DNA from: Octopus vulgaris
Lineage: Eukaryota
Length of the DNA stretch: 64,000 nt
Assembly (NCBI GenBank): GCA_951406725.2
Contig: OX597821.1
Coordinates: 6,076,001 to 6,140,000, forward strand
Direction: 5' to 3'
The position numbers and the translations under genes were made by a program. Every line of letters starts with the position of its first letter. Within the stretch, counting starts at the first letter, position 1. The notes beneath the pieces are model-generated. The model did not search any database, was not told where the DNA came from, and worked only from the letters and a program-made list of their open reading frames with translations. This document shows positions 1 through 13,993 of this stretch, one piece after another.

Positions 1-35
1 ATATATATATATAAATATACACACACATATATACG

Positions 36-77
<42 letters not shown>

Positions 78-429
78 TACATATATACGACCGGCTTCTT
101 TCAGCGTCCATCTACCAAATCCACTCACAAGGCTTTGGTCAGCCCAAGCCTATAGCAGAAGACACTTGCCCAAGGTGCGACGCAGTGGGACTGAACCAGG
201 AACCATGTGGTTCGTAAGCAAGCTACTTATCACACAGCCACTCCTACGTCTATCTTTTTTTGTCTTTTGTTTGTTTTTTTTTTTTGTTTGTTCTTTTTAA
301 AATATGGCTGTGATTAAGAAGATCACTTTACAACCACATGATTTTGGGGTGAGTCCCATAGTATAGCACCATGGTGAAGTATCATCTACTACAGCCGCAG
401 GCTGTAAGTAGAAATAAATCTAACAATGT

Positions 430-602
430 TTTCCTCTGTTTGCATCACCATGAAATGGGTTTCACAAGACTAATTTGGATGCTTCCAGCTCAGGGTGTTG
501 CCTGCAGTGACCAGATAGCTGCAGCCGTCTTTGCTTGATCTTCTCACTAACTTTCAGCAAGTCTCTAAAATGGCATTCATTTGTCCTGTGTTGTTGCCAT
601 TT
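430..602 (-). pseudogene. LINE (RTE/RTE-X-like) ORF2 C-terminal remnant
   Basis: Manual translation WQQHRTNECHFRDLLKVSEKIKQRRLQLSGHCRQHPELEASKLVL*NPFHGDANRGK matches the W.....N...I..RRL...GH..R......L.W.P..G...RG pattern, with an in-frame stop. Confidence 0.7.
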
Positions 603-1108
603 GGAGCAAACACAGACATACTTTTTTTAGTCCCTCTCACCCTTGATACAATGAAATATGCATGGTGTGACCACTGATAGGAGAGTGGACTGGGCCAACA
701 CTGAAGCAGTACCCATTTTCAGTTACACAATGTAGAATGAAGTGCCTTGCTCAAGGACACAATGAATCATTCAGTGAGGAAATAAAACCTCCGATCTTAC
801 AATTGTGAGCTGAACACTCTATCCATACACATATATACACACACAAGTCAATCAGTAGCATTTATTAAATCATTTTGTTACCATATTTCTGTTTCAATAA
901 ACCCTTTTTGGTACCAACCCCACTGAGACCACCCCTGGTTCTATGATACAAACTTCATATTGATTTATGATCCAAATATCACTTTAATAACAACTCGTTA
1001 TTTTCTCAAGTAATTAAAACAAAGGCAGCATATGTCAGATGAAATATGGTAATGAAAGGGTTAATTTTGAAAACAATAAAGAAACTCATTAAGATAATTC
1101 TGTCATTA

Positions 1109-1338
1109 TTAACCCTTTTGTTACCAACCCGGCTGAAACCGGCTCTAGCTCTTTAGTACAAATGTCTTGTTTTCATAAGTTTTGAATTAAAATCTTCCAC
1201 CAAACCTTAGTCACAATTTATGTTCCTAACACAAGCTGAATGCTAATGAAGTTATTTTACTAAATTCTTTGTTATATTTAAAATTAATTGAAAGAAACAC
1301 AGAACATCTCAAAATAAATACAGTAATGAAAGGGTTAA
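1109..1338. mobile_element. piggyBac-type TTAA MITE (family G)
   Basis: ttaaCCCTTT...AAAGGGttaa, nested among older relatives (897-1064, up to about 1463). Other copies at 50967-51192 and about 45597-45815. Confidence 0.75.
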
Positions 1339-2088
1339 GCTGGTGTTTGGAACAAAGTTACATAGAATTTTGATGATAAGTTTTAATTAAGAGCATTTCA
1401 AAATAGGGAATTTGTAGTGTAGAATCAGGAGAGTTTTAAGGTGAGATGATATCAAAAGGGTTCATCCTTATTTCTGAGTGGTGATGACCTGTGTTTATAA
1501 CTCTGACAGTTTTAAGATTTAATACTTCAAGTGTTTGTTGAAGAGGTGCTTTAGCTGCTACCATTAGGAGATCAAGATACTACATAGAGGTACTCTTATT
1601 TTTTAATGTTTTATTGTTGTTGTTGTTGTTGTTGTTGCTGCTGTTGTGTAGACACTCTCCCCACCCTTCTCGTTAGTGCTAATCAAAGTTAGACCCACAG
1701 TATGAAGATAAGCAGGTGACTGACTAAATGCTGTCTAAATGCCCATTGTTTAAGATACCCATATGTCTACCTAACAGGGGATTATACTGCACATTGATAT
1801 GCATCAGCTAAATGCAATGAAATGCAGTTTTGCAGTTTGGTGAACATGTGGTACTCTCTACAGCCTCCTCTCTCCTTCTCTATACAATTTTTTTTATAAT
1901 TACTTCTTTCAGTCATTAGACTGTGATCATGCTGGAGCAATGCCTTGACAGGTTTAGTCAAAGAAATCAACCAAAGGTCTTGGTTTTAAGTCTGGAACTT
2001 ATTCTATTGATCTCTTTTGCTGAACCACTAAGTTACAGAAAAAACAGACCAACACCAGTTGTCAAGAGGAGCTGGATGGATACACACA

Positions 2089-2130
<42 letters not shown>

Positions 2131-3359
2131 CATGGCAAGCTTCCACATAGTTTCCATCTACCAAATCCACTCACATGACACTTGTTGGCCTGGAGTTATA
2201 GTATGAGACACTTGCCCAAGGTGCTGAGCAGTGGAACTGAACCTGAAACAATGTGGCTGCAAAATAAGCTCCTTGACCACACAGCCATACTTGAACCTAT
2301 ATATTGTTGTTGCTGTGTTGTTATTTTCTCTTTTATTTTTAAGTCAGAAGAGAAAGTAGTACCCTTGACCCTTTCTGAAATTGGAGACATGGCCTCAGTG
2401 CTTGCAAAACAGAGTGGATTTCACTAAAGACATCCAAGGTACTAAGTCATTATAATCATCATCATCATCATCATCATCATTATTTAACATCTGTTTTCCA
2501 TGCTGGCATGGGTTGGACAATTTGACAGGAGCTGGCAAACTGAAAGGCTGCACCAGGCTCCAATTGTCTGTTTGAGTGTGGTTTCTATGGCTGGATGCCC
2601 TTCCTAACACCAATCACTTTACAGAGTGCACTGGGTGCTTTTTAGGTGGCACCAGCACATGGTAGTGTTAAACCAGGAGACATTATTGTAGTTCATTTCT
2701 AGGCCAGCATAGATCAAGCATATCTATGATCAAAGGCATTCCAACCATGACCATCTCACATTTTTTTTTTTATTCAACAAGTACATCTAGGACTAAATTA
2801 TCCTTTGGGGCTCTTCCCTATTTTATCATAGTCGTGGCCATTATTTAGCACCAAATCAACCCTGATCAAGCAAACTTATGATCAAAGACATTCCGACAAT
2901 GGTCATGTCATCATTTTTCTTTGTGTAGGGAACTGGAACTACCATATTTCCCTCAAACTGCACCCTTTACAAAGCAGTAGGGTACAGTTTGAAAGAGATT
3001 TGATTGCTATTTCTAGCAAATCCACTCACCACATAGTAAGAGGTTCCTCTGTTGATTCATGATCCTCTTTCTTCAACAAAGATGCACAGAATGCAATTAG
3101 AGGGAAAGTGATTTACTATTTCTAGCAGGTCAAGTAATCATACATTTCTCTCCTTTAGGCTCATGGTCTTTCCCATTGGTATCTTTAGTAGGTCAAGCCA
3201 CAACAAAAGGAAACTAGGTGGGTTCAGTCAGGCCACACCAAGTGCCGTTTCTCTCTACATACAGAGTCGTGACCACAAATTTGGAACATAGGTCTGCAAA
3301 TTAGAATTTTTTATATGAAATGCCCAAAGTTATATCTAATTTGCAATATATTATTACTT

Positions 3360-3967
3360 ACATTATTTACATTCAACAGTTATTTGTCCTCATCTTGTTT
3401 GTTGCAAACACATCGTTTCGGCTGATATACCCTACAGCCTTCAAAATGTGTCTTGGGGAAATTTCAAACCTGAGTTCTCGTTCCTAAGGTATTTTTTCAA
3501 CGACAACAACGAGGACGTCATTGTCGCTGCCGTTGCCGTCATCGTCATCATCATTATTATTATTCAGATCACTGCCTGGAATTGAACTCGGAATCTTGGG
3601 GTTAGTAGCCCATGCTCTTAACCACCTCAACATATGCCCATGGGCATATGGCTTAGTGGTTAAGAGCCCACGGGTATATGGCATAGTGATTAAGAGTCCA
3701 CAGGCATGTGGCATAGTGGTTAAGAGCGTGGCAACTAACCCCAAGATACCAAGTTCAATTCCAGGCAGTGACCTGAATAATAATAATAATAATAACAACA
3801 ACATCGAAAAATACCTTAGGAATGAGAACCCAGGTTTGAAATTTCCCCCAAGACACCTGATGAAGGCTGGAGAATATATCAGCTGAAATATTGTGTTAAC
3901 AACAAACAAGATGAGGACAAATATCCGTTGAATGTACATAATTCCTCATCTCTTAAATATAGAACTG
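3360..3967. mobile_element. Head-to-head palindromic tRNA-head/(AAT)n/hammerhead-tail element (family X, copy 1)
   Basis: Inverted arms meet with zero spacer at catatgccca|tgggcatatg (3640/3641). A-box TGGCnTAGTGG and B-box-like AGTTCAATTCC are present, with an HHR motif at 3852-3897. Flanked by an exact 13-bp duplication tatattattactt (3347-3359, 3968-3980). Confidence 0.85.
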
Positions 3968-4829
3968 TATATTATTACTTGGCCAAAAATTTGGAACATA
4001 GGTCTGAAAACTAGAATTTTTATATTAAATGCCCAAATGTATACATTGTATATATTTGAGCATAACAATTTTGATTTTTTAATATCATCTTGAGCAAGTC
4101 TCTTTGACCATAAAAGCCTCAGGCTGACTCAAAGCCATGAGAGTGGAAAATAGACAGACAGAAACTATGCAGAAGCTGGCAGAAACGTTAGCACACTGGG
4201 CGAAATGCTTAGCAGTATTTCGCCTGCTGTTACGTTCTAAGTTCAAATTCCGGTCAACTTGTCTTTCATCCTTTCGGGGTCGATAAATTAAGTACCAGTT
4301 ATGCACTGGGGTCGATGTAATCAACTTAATCCCTTTGTTTGTCCTCGTTTGTCCCCTCTATGTTTAGTCCCTTGTGGGCAATAAAGAAATAAGAAACCAC
4401 GTGGAAGCACATCAGATGGGTGGTACTCGAAATTCAAAAGGCCAGCCTTGTCACATATAGTGTCATGCACATTCAGCTTGAGAATCACATTAATAGTACA
4501 CATGTCTGTGGGGTACTCAGCCACTTACAATTAATCTTAGCAAAAAGATAGTTTAGCTGATCCTCCATTTAGATCAAAAGAGGATTTGTCAGGTGTGGCA
4601 TAGGTGCAGGCATGGCTGTGTGGTAAGAAGCTTACTTTCCAACCACATGGTTCTGGGTTCAGTCCCACTGTGTGGCACCTCGGGCAAGTGTCTTCTTCTA
4701 TAGCCTCAGGCCAACCAATGCCTTGCACATGGAAACTTCAAGAAGTCTGTCATCTGTGTGTATCGGTGTGTATGAGAGAGAGAAAGTGTGTGTGTGCCTG
4801 TGTGTGAGTGAGTGAGAGAGAGAGAGAGA

Positions 4830-4925
<96 letters not shown>

Positions 4926-5732
4926 ATGTGTGTGTGTGTGTTTTAAGATTGTGTGATAGTTATAAGTGAGTTTCACTGTCAGACAAGCAGTGTAATTCAT
5001 TTCCAATATTCCACAAAAACATGTCTGGCCATGGGAAAATATTACCTTGCTTGCAAACAGATGAGGATTAGTGACATAAAGAGCATCCAGTCATAGAAAA
5101 TCTGCCTCAATAAACTTCATCTGACCCATGCTAGCATGGAAAAGAGGACGTTAAAATTATGGTAATGGTGATGGTGATGATGATGGTGAATTTGCGTTAG
5201 ACAAGGCAGATCATTCTGAATGCCAGTCTACCTAAAGGAACAAATTCTAACACCTCATCCCTATGCAGTTGCTTGACCTGAAAGAAACAGCAGCCAAATC
5301 TCTTTAAACTTATAGCATTCAGACTACTCTGTGAAATGAAATCCTTATTCATTGGTATTGTTTTGAATTGATCAAGCATTATCTCACAGCTTCAAGACTT
5401 CGACATTGTGACTCTTTATTTTTAGAATGACATTGCTGGTTAGGTGTGAGACGTCAGATCTGGCCAGTTTCAACATAAAACAGGCAGAAATTTTGGGCCA
5501 GATATGGCTCATTGATATGCCAAGGAGTTAAAGTTCCACCCAATCATAGACTGGATAAAGTAGTCTTGGATATAACATGATGTGAAACAAGATGGAATGG
5601 CCACATATGGTTGACTTACACATCAAGATTACTTTGAGGACCGAAAAACTCACATGAAACACAGCTGGATTTGGAAAGATAGTGGTGATGTTTGAATGAT
5701 AACACTACATATTTTACATTATACATCATGTT

Positions 5733-6362
5733 CAGGGGTGTGTATTTCGGATGTGCTAGGTGTGCGCTATACACCCATCGAAAATGTCAAATTCATTATA
5801 AATATTAAGCTTACTCATTAATTTAATCACAAATCTTAATAAAAAACTTTTGTTATATCCCTGCTTGAAATATAGTGGCACTGGGTGTCACAGCACGCCC
5901 AATATACAACAACCACCATACACCACTGATATATATACATACATAATGCCATCCAAACATGGTTGATGCCAGTGCCCCCTGACTGGCTCCCATGCTGGTG
6001 GCACGTAAAAAGCACCCACTCCACTCTCAGAGTGGTTGGCATTAGGAAGGGCATCCGGCTGTAGAAACCTTGCCAGATTGGTGTCTGCTGCAGTCCTCAG
6101 TCAAACCCTGCAACCCATACCAGCATGGAAAACGGACACTAAACAATGATAATGATGTTATATACATACATATGTATCAGGGACATATATTCCAGGTGTG
6201 CCAGGTGTGCACTGCACACCCATCGAAAATGTCAAATTCATTATAAATATTAGCCTTACTCATTTGTCTAATCACAAATCTTAATGGAATGGTTTTGTTA
6301 TACCCCTGCTTGAAATAGGGTGATACTGGGTGTGGCAACATACCACCAACCATATGCCACTG
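5733..6362. mobile_element. Two neighbouring copies of a hAT-like MITE (about 5733-5928 and 6178-6362)
   Basis: Both start CAGGG and end (T)A(C/T)(A/G)CCACTG, and share the core cacccatcgaaaatgtcaaattcattataaatatt. Confidence 0.55.
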
Positions 6363-6808
6363 ATTACAATGACTTATATGATGGGAAAATACGGCAGGAG
6401 TCAGAGTTGCAATGCTCATCCATTGTTCAAAATTAAAGTACACAGACACCACAAAACAAAAACAAAAACAAAAAAGCGGAGCATCATGACAAAAAGATGA
6501 AATCCTCGTTTCACATGAGATTTCAATGAAACAAAGCAAAACGAAAACAAACAAACAGAACATCTATTTAGTGATTATAATTAACCATGAACAGGTCAAA
6601 TGATCTCAGTCACATGACCAGTCACGTATTCTTTATGGCTATTTAACACTTTGTTTCCTCACTAAATGGCTTCTCTGATCACTCGTAGAGCAACAATACA
6701 TAAGCTGAGTAAACAATAACAGAGGTTCTTCATGTGTTCCAAGCTACCGGTTTGTGCTTACATTTGGAACAGTTTTAATTAGATCATCATTTTATTTATT
6801 GTGCAGAG

Positions 6809-6809
<1 letters not shown>

Positions 6810-6844
<35 letters not shown>

Positions 6845-7420
6845 GTCATTATCGTCATGATCAATATTGCCACAACCAGCACCGCTGCTATACCTACCAT
6901 TGCCACTATCATTGTTGCCAACATCACCAATACCACCCCCAGCACCAACACTGGTAATACTGCCACAATCACCGACACTGCCAAAAATAACCAATACCAC
7001 CACTACCACCACCGCAACACCAACGCTGCTGCCACCATCACTACCACAACACCAACACTGCTGCCACCATCACTACCACTCCCACCACTACAATACCAAC
7101 ACTGATGCTACCACCACTACCACTACTACCACAACACCAACACTGATGCTACCATCACTACCATCACAGCTGTCACTGCCACCACCACCACTAATATCAC
7201 CAACCTTGCCACTGCTGCCACTACTACCAACAATGCCAAAAGTGACCAATAACGTTGTTACCACAACATCAACACCACTGCCACCATCACTACCGCCACC
7301 ACCATCACTACCGCCACCACCATCACTACCGCCACCACTACTGCCACTGTTACCAACACTGACCGCTGCCACCAACACCATCACTGTCACCACTGCCACC
7401 ACCACAACCACAACCACTGT
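6810..7420. repeat. (CAT)n plus cryptic (ACC/ACT/GCC)n low-complexity tract
   Basis: Direct reading. Source of the Pro/Thr/Gly-rich pseudo-ORFs. Confidence 0.85.
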
Positions 7421-7868
7421 TGCTATTAGTGCTTGCATGTTTCCATTAATTGCTTTCCTATTCCATCAAATCCCTACTGTTTTAGAAACTTGCCCATGTA
7501 ATGTTCTCTCCCCCACCCCAGTTGTGCGGTCCTGTTCTGCAAGTTACTCAGTGACCCCACTACTGCTGGAGCCACATAATAAAAAAAGCACCATTCTGTG
7601 AAGTGGTTGGCATCAGGAATGGTAACCAGCTGTAGAAGCCATGTCAAAGCAAACATCAGAACTTGCCGCAGTCTTCTGCCTTACCAGTTCCTGTCAAACC
7701 CCAGCTAACCCATGCCAGCATGGAAAACAGACATTAAATAATAATGATGATGATGATGATGATGATAATTGTTGGCATCCTTTTTGTCTCGGGAGACAAT
7801 GGAGTTGCGCATAAAATAGTCCAGTCCGACTTTTACATTTCATGCCCTGATACATTTCCTGCTGTGGC

Positions 7869-7911
<43 letters not shown>

Positions 7912-7924
7912 AATAATAATAATA

Positions 7925-8058
7925 ATTGAGATCACTAAGATGTGGCAGGTACGAGAGTCAAACATGAAGGTTATCCCTGTTGCCATCGGAGCATTGGGTT
8001 CAATACCACCCAATCTGGGAAAACATCTGAAAGCTTTAGAGATACCCTACAATCTATG
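7925..8058 (+). pseudogene. R4/Dong-like (restriction-like endonuclease) non-LTR element C-terminal remnant
   Basis: EITKMWQVRESNMKVIPVAIGALGSIPPNLGKHLKALEIP contains the IPV.IGALG motif and abuts an (AAT)n tract, a known R4/Dong target type. Confidence 0.65.
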
Positions 8059-11000
8059 TTGATGCTATGAGATAATGCATGACTAATTCTTATAAATATG
8101 AATAAATAAACATTATATTTGACAGAGAAATCTAAATGCTAAAGGGTCAATGTCTATTTTTCTATGCTTGCATGGGTCAGATAGGGTTTTATTGAGGCAG
8201 ATTAACTAGGGCTGAATGCCCTTCCTGTCACCAACCTCACCTGTTTCCAGTTAAGGTCCCTAATATATACACACACACAACAGGCTTCTTCCAGTTTCCA
8301 TCTACAAAATATACTCATAAGATTTTGGTCAGTTCAAGGCTATAGTTGAAGACACTCACCTAAGGTGTCACACAGCAGGATTGAAACTAGCACCACATGG
8401 TTGGGATGCAACCTTCTTAACTACACAGCCATGGTTGTGCCTATAAGTCACGCCTGAATTAACTATGCATTGTACAAGGTTACTAAAAGTGTTGGCATCA
8501 GGAAGAGCATCCGATCAGAAAAGAGACGGTAGAGATATAATCAGAAGTAGACCGGTTGCTACTGTTTTACACCTGGTTGCTACCTAAGTGACGAACAGAC
8601 AACAAGTAGCACTGCTACTTTATATCTGAATAGTTCGAAATAAAAAGAACAACCTACACTACAAACAACAAACAAACGAAAAAGAGCCAACAAAAATAGT
8701 AATTGATTCCAAAAAATACCAGTGCCTCCCCAATCATGGAGAAAATATATATGTAAAACAGCACCAATAAAAATTGCTAAAACATAATTTCTTTACTGCA
8801 TCTCCACAGTGCAATCTTTCAGTCTGACTTTAAAGAATTTTATAGAACTCTGCAGAATATTGATGCTGTTTCACAACATACAAAGCCAATTACTGTGGTT
8901 TATCTATTTATCTATTTATTTATTTATATATTTATTTATTTTGTTTATTTATTTATTTATTTTGCTTATTTTAAAGTAATATTGACAATTATATCAACCT
9001 CAGCTCAGTATATTCTTCTCCATTCTAAATTAATCCATACCTCAGGCTATTTTTAAAAGGTTCCCCATCACCAAATCACTATCATTGTTTTTGATGTTGT
9101 TAGTAGTATTACCATTATTATTGTTGTTGTTGTTGTTGTTGTTAGGGCAGCTTGCTAGCAGAATTGTTAGCACAATGGATGAAATGCTAAATGGTATTTC
9201 ACCCGTCGTTATGTTCCAAGTTCAAATTCCGCCGAGGTCAACTGTGCCTTTCCTCCCTTCAGGGCATCGATATCACAAGTCACCAGTTGAACACTGGGAT
9301 TGATGTAATCAACCCATCCCCTCCCCCAAAATTGCTGCCCTTGTGGCAAGATTTGAAACCATTATTGTTGTTGCTGTTATTTTGAGGCAGTGAGTTGGCA
9401 GAATCATTAGCAAGCCAGGCAAAATACGAAGTAGCATTTCTTCTGGCTTTTTGCATTCCAAGTTCAAATTCCACAAATTCCAACTTTGCCTTCCACCCTG
9501 TCAGGGCCGATAAAATAAATACTAGTTGAACAATGGGGTTGACATAATCAACTATGCCCCTCCGACAAAATTTCAGGTCTTGTACCTATATTAGAAAGGA
9601 TTATTATTTATTATTATTAATGTTGTTGTTGTTGTTATTATTATTATTCACGTAAAAGCATGATCGTTACCAGCATCACCTTTCTGGCACCTGTGCCGGT
9701 GGCATGTGTAAAAGATTCGAGCGAGGTCGTTGCCAGTACCGCCTGACTGGCCTCCGTGCTGGTGGCACCCACTACACTCTTGGAGTGGTTGATGTTAGGA
9801 AGGGCATCCAGCTGTAGAAACTCTGCCAGATCAAGATTGAAGCCTGGTGCAGCCATCTGGTTCGCCAGCCCTCAGTCATTCGTCCAACCCATGCTAGCAT
9901 GGAAAGCGGACGTTAAACAATGATGATGATGATTATTATTATTGTTATTAAGGCGGTATGCTGGCAGAATTGTTAGATGACCAGGAAAAATGCTTAGCAG
10001 TATTTCATCCATCTGTGCATCTTGGGTGTATGCAATGCTTTAGTTTTGTGCTGTCTACTGAATTGAAAGCACCATATTTTAATGTGTATAAGGAACCCCT
10101 TTCTGTCAATATTAGGTTAATAAAATACGGGAGTCTCTTATACATGGATAATCCCTAATAAAACCGTTTTTCCAAATTTTAAGCCCAAAAAATTATGGGG
10201 TTTCTTATACACGTTAAAATACGATATTCTACATAATAATGAGTGCTTTCATGGAAAACTAGGTGTAAAACAACGTTGAGGATGCTAACGATGATGACAA
10301 TTGTAATGGTTGTAGAGACTATAAAACATTGACCCTTTTGTTACTATATTCATCTCAAAATACACTACTTTGTTTTAATTAATTATGAAAATAATGAAGA
10401 ATTTAATTAAAATAGCTTTGACATTATTGAGATTGTGTTTGGAAAATATATTAACATGATATTTTGATGAAGCAGGGAACATGCATCATAGACATAGGGA
10501 AGGCGTCAAGCAGGTTGAAGAATGAGTGTGACTGACTGACTACACAAACCAGACCCACTACAATGATGAACCCCTGCAGCCTTGTGAGGTAAATTACTGA
10601 GCATTTAAAAAAAAGCAAAGGGGGTAAACTCCTGCAGAAAACCCAGAGGGAGGGACCTTAAGGCAGATACACATGGTTACACTTAAGCAATATCTGGCAT
10701 ACCCTGTGGCTCCATGGAGGCTGCAAATGTACCAACTTGTCTTTCCTTCATGACATATCCATGAGTGGAGATGGTGAGTGTACTTGGAGTTAGACATTTG
10801 CTTCTGGAAACAACCAAACGATCCAGGCACAGCAGAAGTCACTGTCTCTGCAATGCCATCAACCAACAACAAAAATGGCCAACCATTTTCTGATGTTCTA
10901 CAAAATTCAGGCAGGGACCACAAGTGAATAGGGCTGCTACATCGGGGACAGTTCTGTTTTTGCATGCACAGATATCCCAGATCACATTCAAAAAAAGATC

Positions 11001-11653
11001 ACTCACATGAATGGTATAAAGTCACTAGCAAATAAGTGGATGGGAGGATGAGGGGGGAGGAGGGGAAGGAGAGGGTTCAGTCAAACAAATCAACCCCAGG
11101 ACTTAATTTTTTTTTTAAAGGTCTGGTGTTTATTCTATCAGACTTTTTTGCCAAACTTCTAAGTTACAGGGATTATAAACAAATCAACACCAGTTGGCAA
11201 TCAGCAGCAAGGGACGTGACTGTGGTAAGTAGCTTGCTTACCAACCACATGATTCCAGGTTCAATCCCACTGCATGGCACCTTGGGCTAGTGCCTTCTAC
11301 TATAGCCTCAGGCTGGCCAAAGCCTTGTGAGTGTATTTGGTAGGTAGAAACTGAAAGAAGCCCATCGTGTGTGTATATATATATGTGTGTGTGTGTGTGT
11401 ATGTATATGTTTGTGTGTCTGTTTATCCCTGCAACATCACTTGACAACTGATGGTGGCGTGTTTACGTTGCCGTCACTTAGTGGTTCAGCAAAAGAGACT
11501 GATAGAATAAGTACTAGGCTTACAAAGAATAAGTCCTGCAATTGATTTGCTCAACTAAAAGCAGTGCTCCAGCATGGCTGCAGTCAAATGACTGAAACAA
11601 GTAAAAGAATAGAAGAATACTTACATATGTGTATGTATACATACATACACATA

Positions 11654-11713
<60 letters not shown>

Positions 11714-13790
11714 ATTGTGGTTTCACAGTTGCTGTTTAAGTTTAAATTTATTTTAGATTTTTAAATATTTTTTTTAATGGTTTGATCCGGTTTTTTTTAG
11801 ATATTTTTACAATAAAATACTATACAATGGTTTCATCTTTTATTTTACCATTTCGTTAGTTTTATTTAAGATCTTTTCTTTTTTTTTTTTCCATTTTACT
11901 TTGTTTCAGTTATTAGACTGCAGCCATGCTGGGGCACTGTCTTCGATTTCAGTTAAACAAATCAACCCTGATCTCTTTTATTGGTCTCTTGCTGAACTGC
12001 TAAGTTACAGGACACATCAACACACAAACACCAGTTGTCAAGCAGTGGTGGGGGAAAAAATACAGTCGCACACACGAGACAGGCTTCTTTCAGTTTCCAT
12101 CTACCAAATCTACTCACAAGGCTTTGGTGGCCCGAGGCTATAGTATAAGGCAGCTGACCAAGGTAGCATGCAGTGGAACTGAACCTGGAACCATGTGGTT
12201 GAAAAGCAAACTCCTTACCACACAGCCATCCCTGTGCCTGTATAATATTAATATTACAATACATAATAGTGTATTAATATTCCTGAGCTGATGGCACATA
12301 AAAAGCATCCACTACACTCTTGGAGTGGTTGGTGTTAGGAAGGTCACCCAGCTGTAGAAACCATACTAAATCAGACTGGAATGGAGTGCAGCTATCCAGC
12401 TTACCAGTTCCAGTCAAACCGTCCAACCCATGCCAGCATGGAAAATGGACATTAAATGATGACGATGTGGATAATATCTACATACATGCACACACAAACA
12501 CATGACAGGTTTCCATACAGTTTCTGTCTCTCAAATTCACTCACAAGGCATCGGTCGACCAAAGGCTATAGTAGAAGACACTTGCCCAAGGTGCCACACA
12601 GTGGGACCAAACCCGATAACCACGTGCTGGCAAAATGAGCTTCTTAACCACACAAGCCATGCCAGTATCTACAAAACCATTTATTTTAAAAACCTTGACA
12701 GGTAATTCATAAAATTACAATAATTTATAGAGGAACAACAGCTGTTATCGATCATACATTTCACCAGAAGATGATTTTGCAATTACGGATTCTTCTAGCT
12801 ACGTTCCAAAGCAAACTAACAAAAGCAGAAAAAAAAAAAAGAGAAAGGAAACAGAAAGTAAGAAAGACTATATAATGAGTTACTGATATCACACAGCTTA
12901 GACAATTCTAATTGAATAATTACCAATATATCTCTAAGACAACAGAGCCGTAGCCAAACAATGAAATTGGGTGACCTACAATCAACTTAGAGACAGCTTA
13001 AAACGCAGAACTCTGGAAGTCAGTTTACTTCATATACACATCATTCTGGGTTGATCCCACAAGATATGGGGCACCTCAAGAGAGTTTTGTCATAGCCCCA
13101 AATCAACCGAGACAGTGAAATTGGCTACATAGGAACTGTGCAGAAGCTTATCAGATATATATATATATGAAGATGTATGGCTCAGTAGTTAGAGCATTGG
13201 GTTCTTAATCATGAGGTAGTGAGTTTGATTCCCAGAACTGGCTCCGAGTTGTGTTCTTGAGCAAGACACTTTATTTCACATTGCTCCAGTTCACTCATCT
13301 GTGGAAATGAGTTGCAACGTCACTGGTGCCAAGCTATTTCGACTTTTGCCTTTCCCTTGGATAACATCAGTGGCATGGAGAGAGGAGGCTGGTGTGCATG
13401 GGTGACTACTGGTCTTCCATATTCAACCTTGCCCAGACTTTTACCTTGGAGGGGAACTTTCTAGGTACAATTCCGTGGTTATTCATGACCAAAGGGAGTC
13501 TTTACCTTTTATGTAACTGCGTCACTCGTTCAATTATGACGATGAGGGTTCCAGTTGATCCGATCAATGGAACAGCCTGCTCATGTAACTAACATACGTA
13601 CTTTTAATGTAGTTCACAGGGAGATTCAACATGACACAGAATGTGACAAGGCTGGCCCTTTGAAATACAGGTACCACTCATTTTTGCCAGCTAAGTGGTC
13701 TGGAGTAAGGTGAAATAAAGTGTCTTGCTCAAAGACACGATGCGGCACCAGGAATTGAACAAATGACCTTACGTTCATGAGCCAAATACC

Positions 13791-13852
<62 letters not shown>

Positions 13853-13957
13853 GAAAAATACAAACTGGGACAAGAACGTAAAACATTTAGAAGACGATAC
13901 AAAAAACACGGACGGGACATTCAAAGACCTTCAATCTTCAGTCAAGAACCGGATCAT

Positions 13958-13993
<36 letters not shown>

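Noticed and set aside
6867-7601. 244-aa Pro/Thr-rich ORF (mucin/extensin-like)
   Set aside because: Open in several frames on both strands because of cryptic trinucleotide repeats; it runs into an RTE UTR repeat and has no splice or domain evidence.
10563-10600. C/D-box snoRNA-like ATGATGA...CTGA
   Set aside because: Boxes are under 40 nt apart, there is no terminal stem, and it is antisense to the host transcript.
12758-12798. Possible small CARNMT1 exon (LEESVIAKSSSGE) with polypyrimidine tract, AG and GTATGA
   Set aside because: 41 nt, weak donor and no recognisable similarity to the expected next segment (DMDK...LKQF.RDWS); RNA-seq would be needed.
13850-13960. Further CTGAAGA/CTGATGA-containing fragments in (TA)n (also about 22800-22960 and 32760-32937)
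   Set aside because: Probably related PLE-type termini, but the GAAA/stem III/stem I elements are missing or unpaired, so they are not called as ribozymes.
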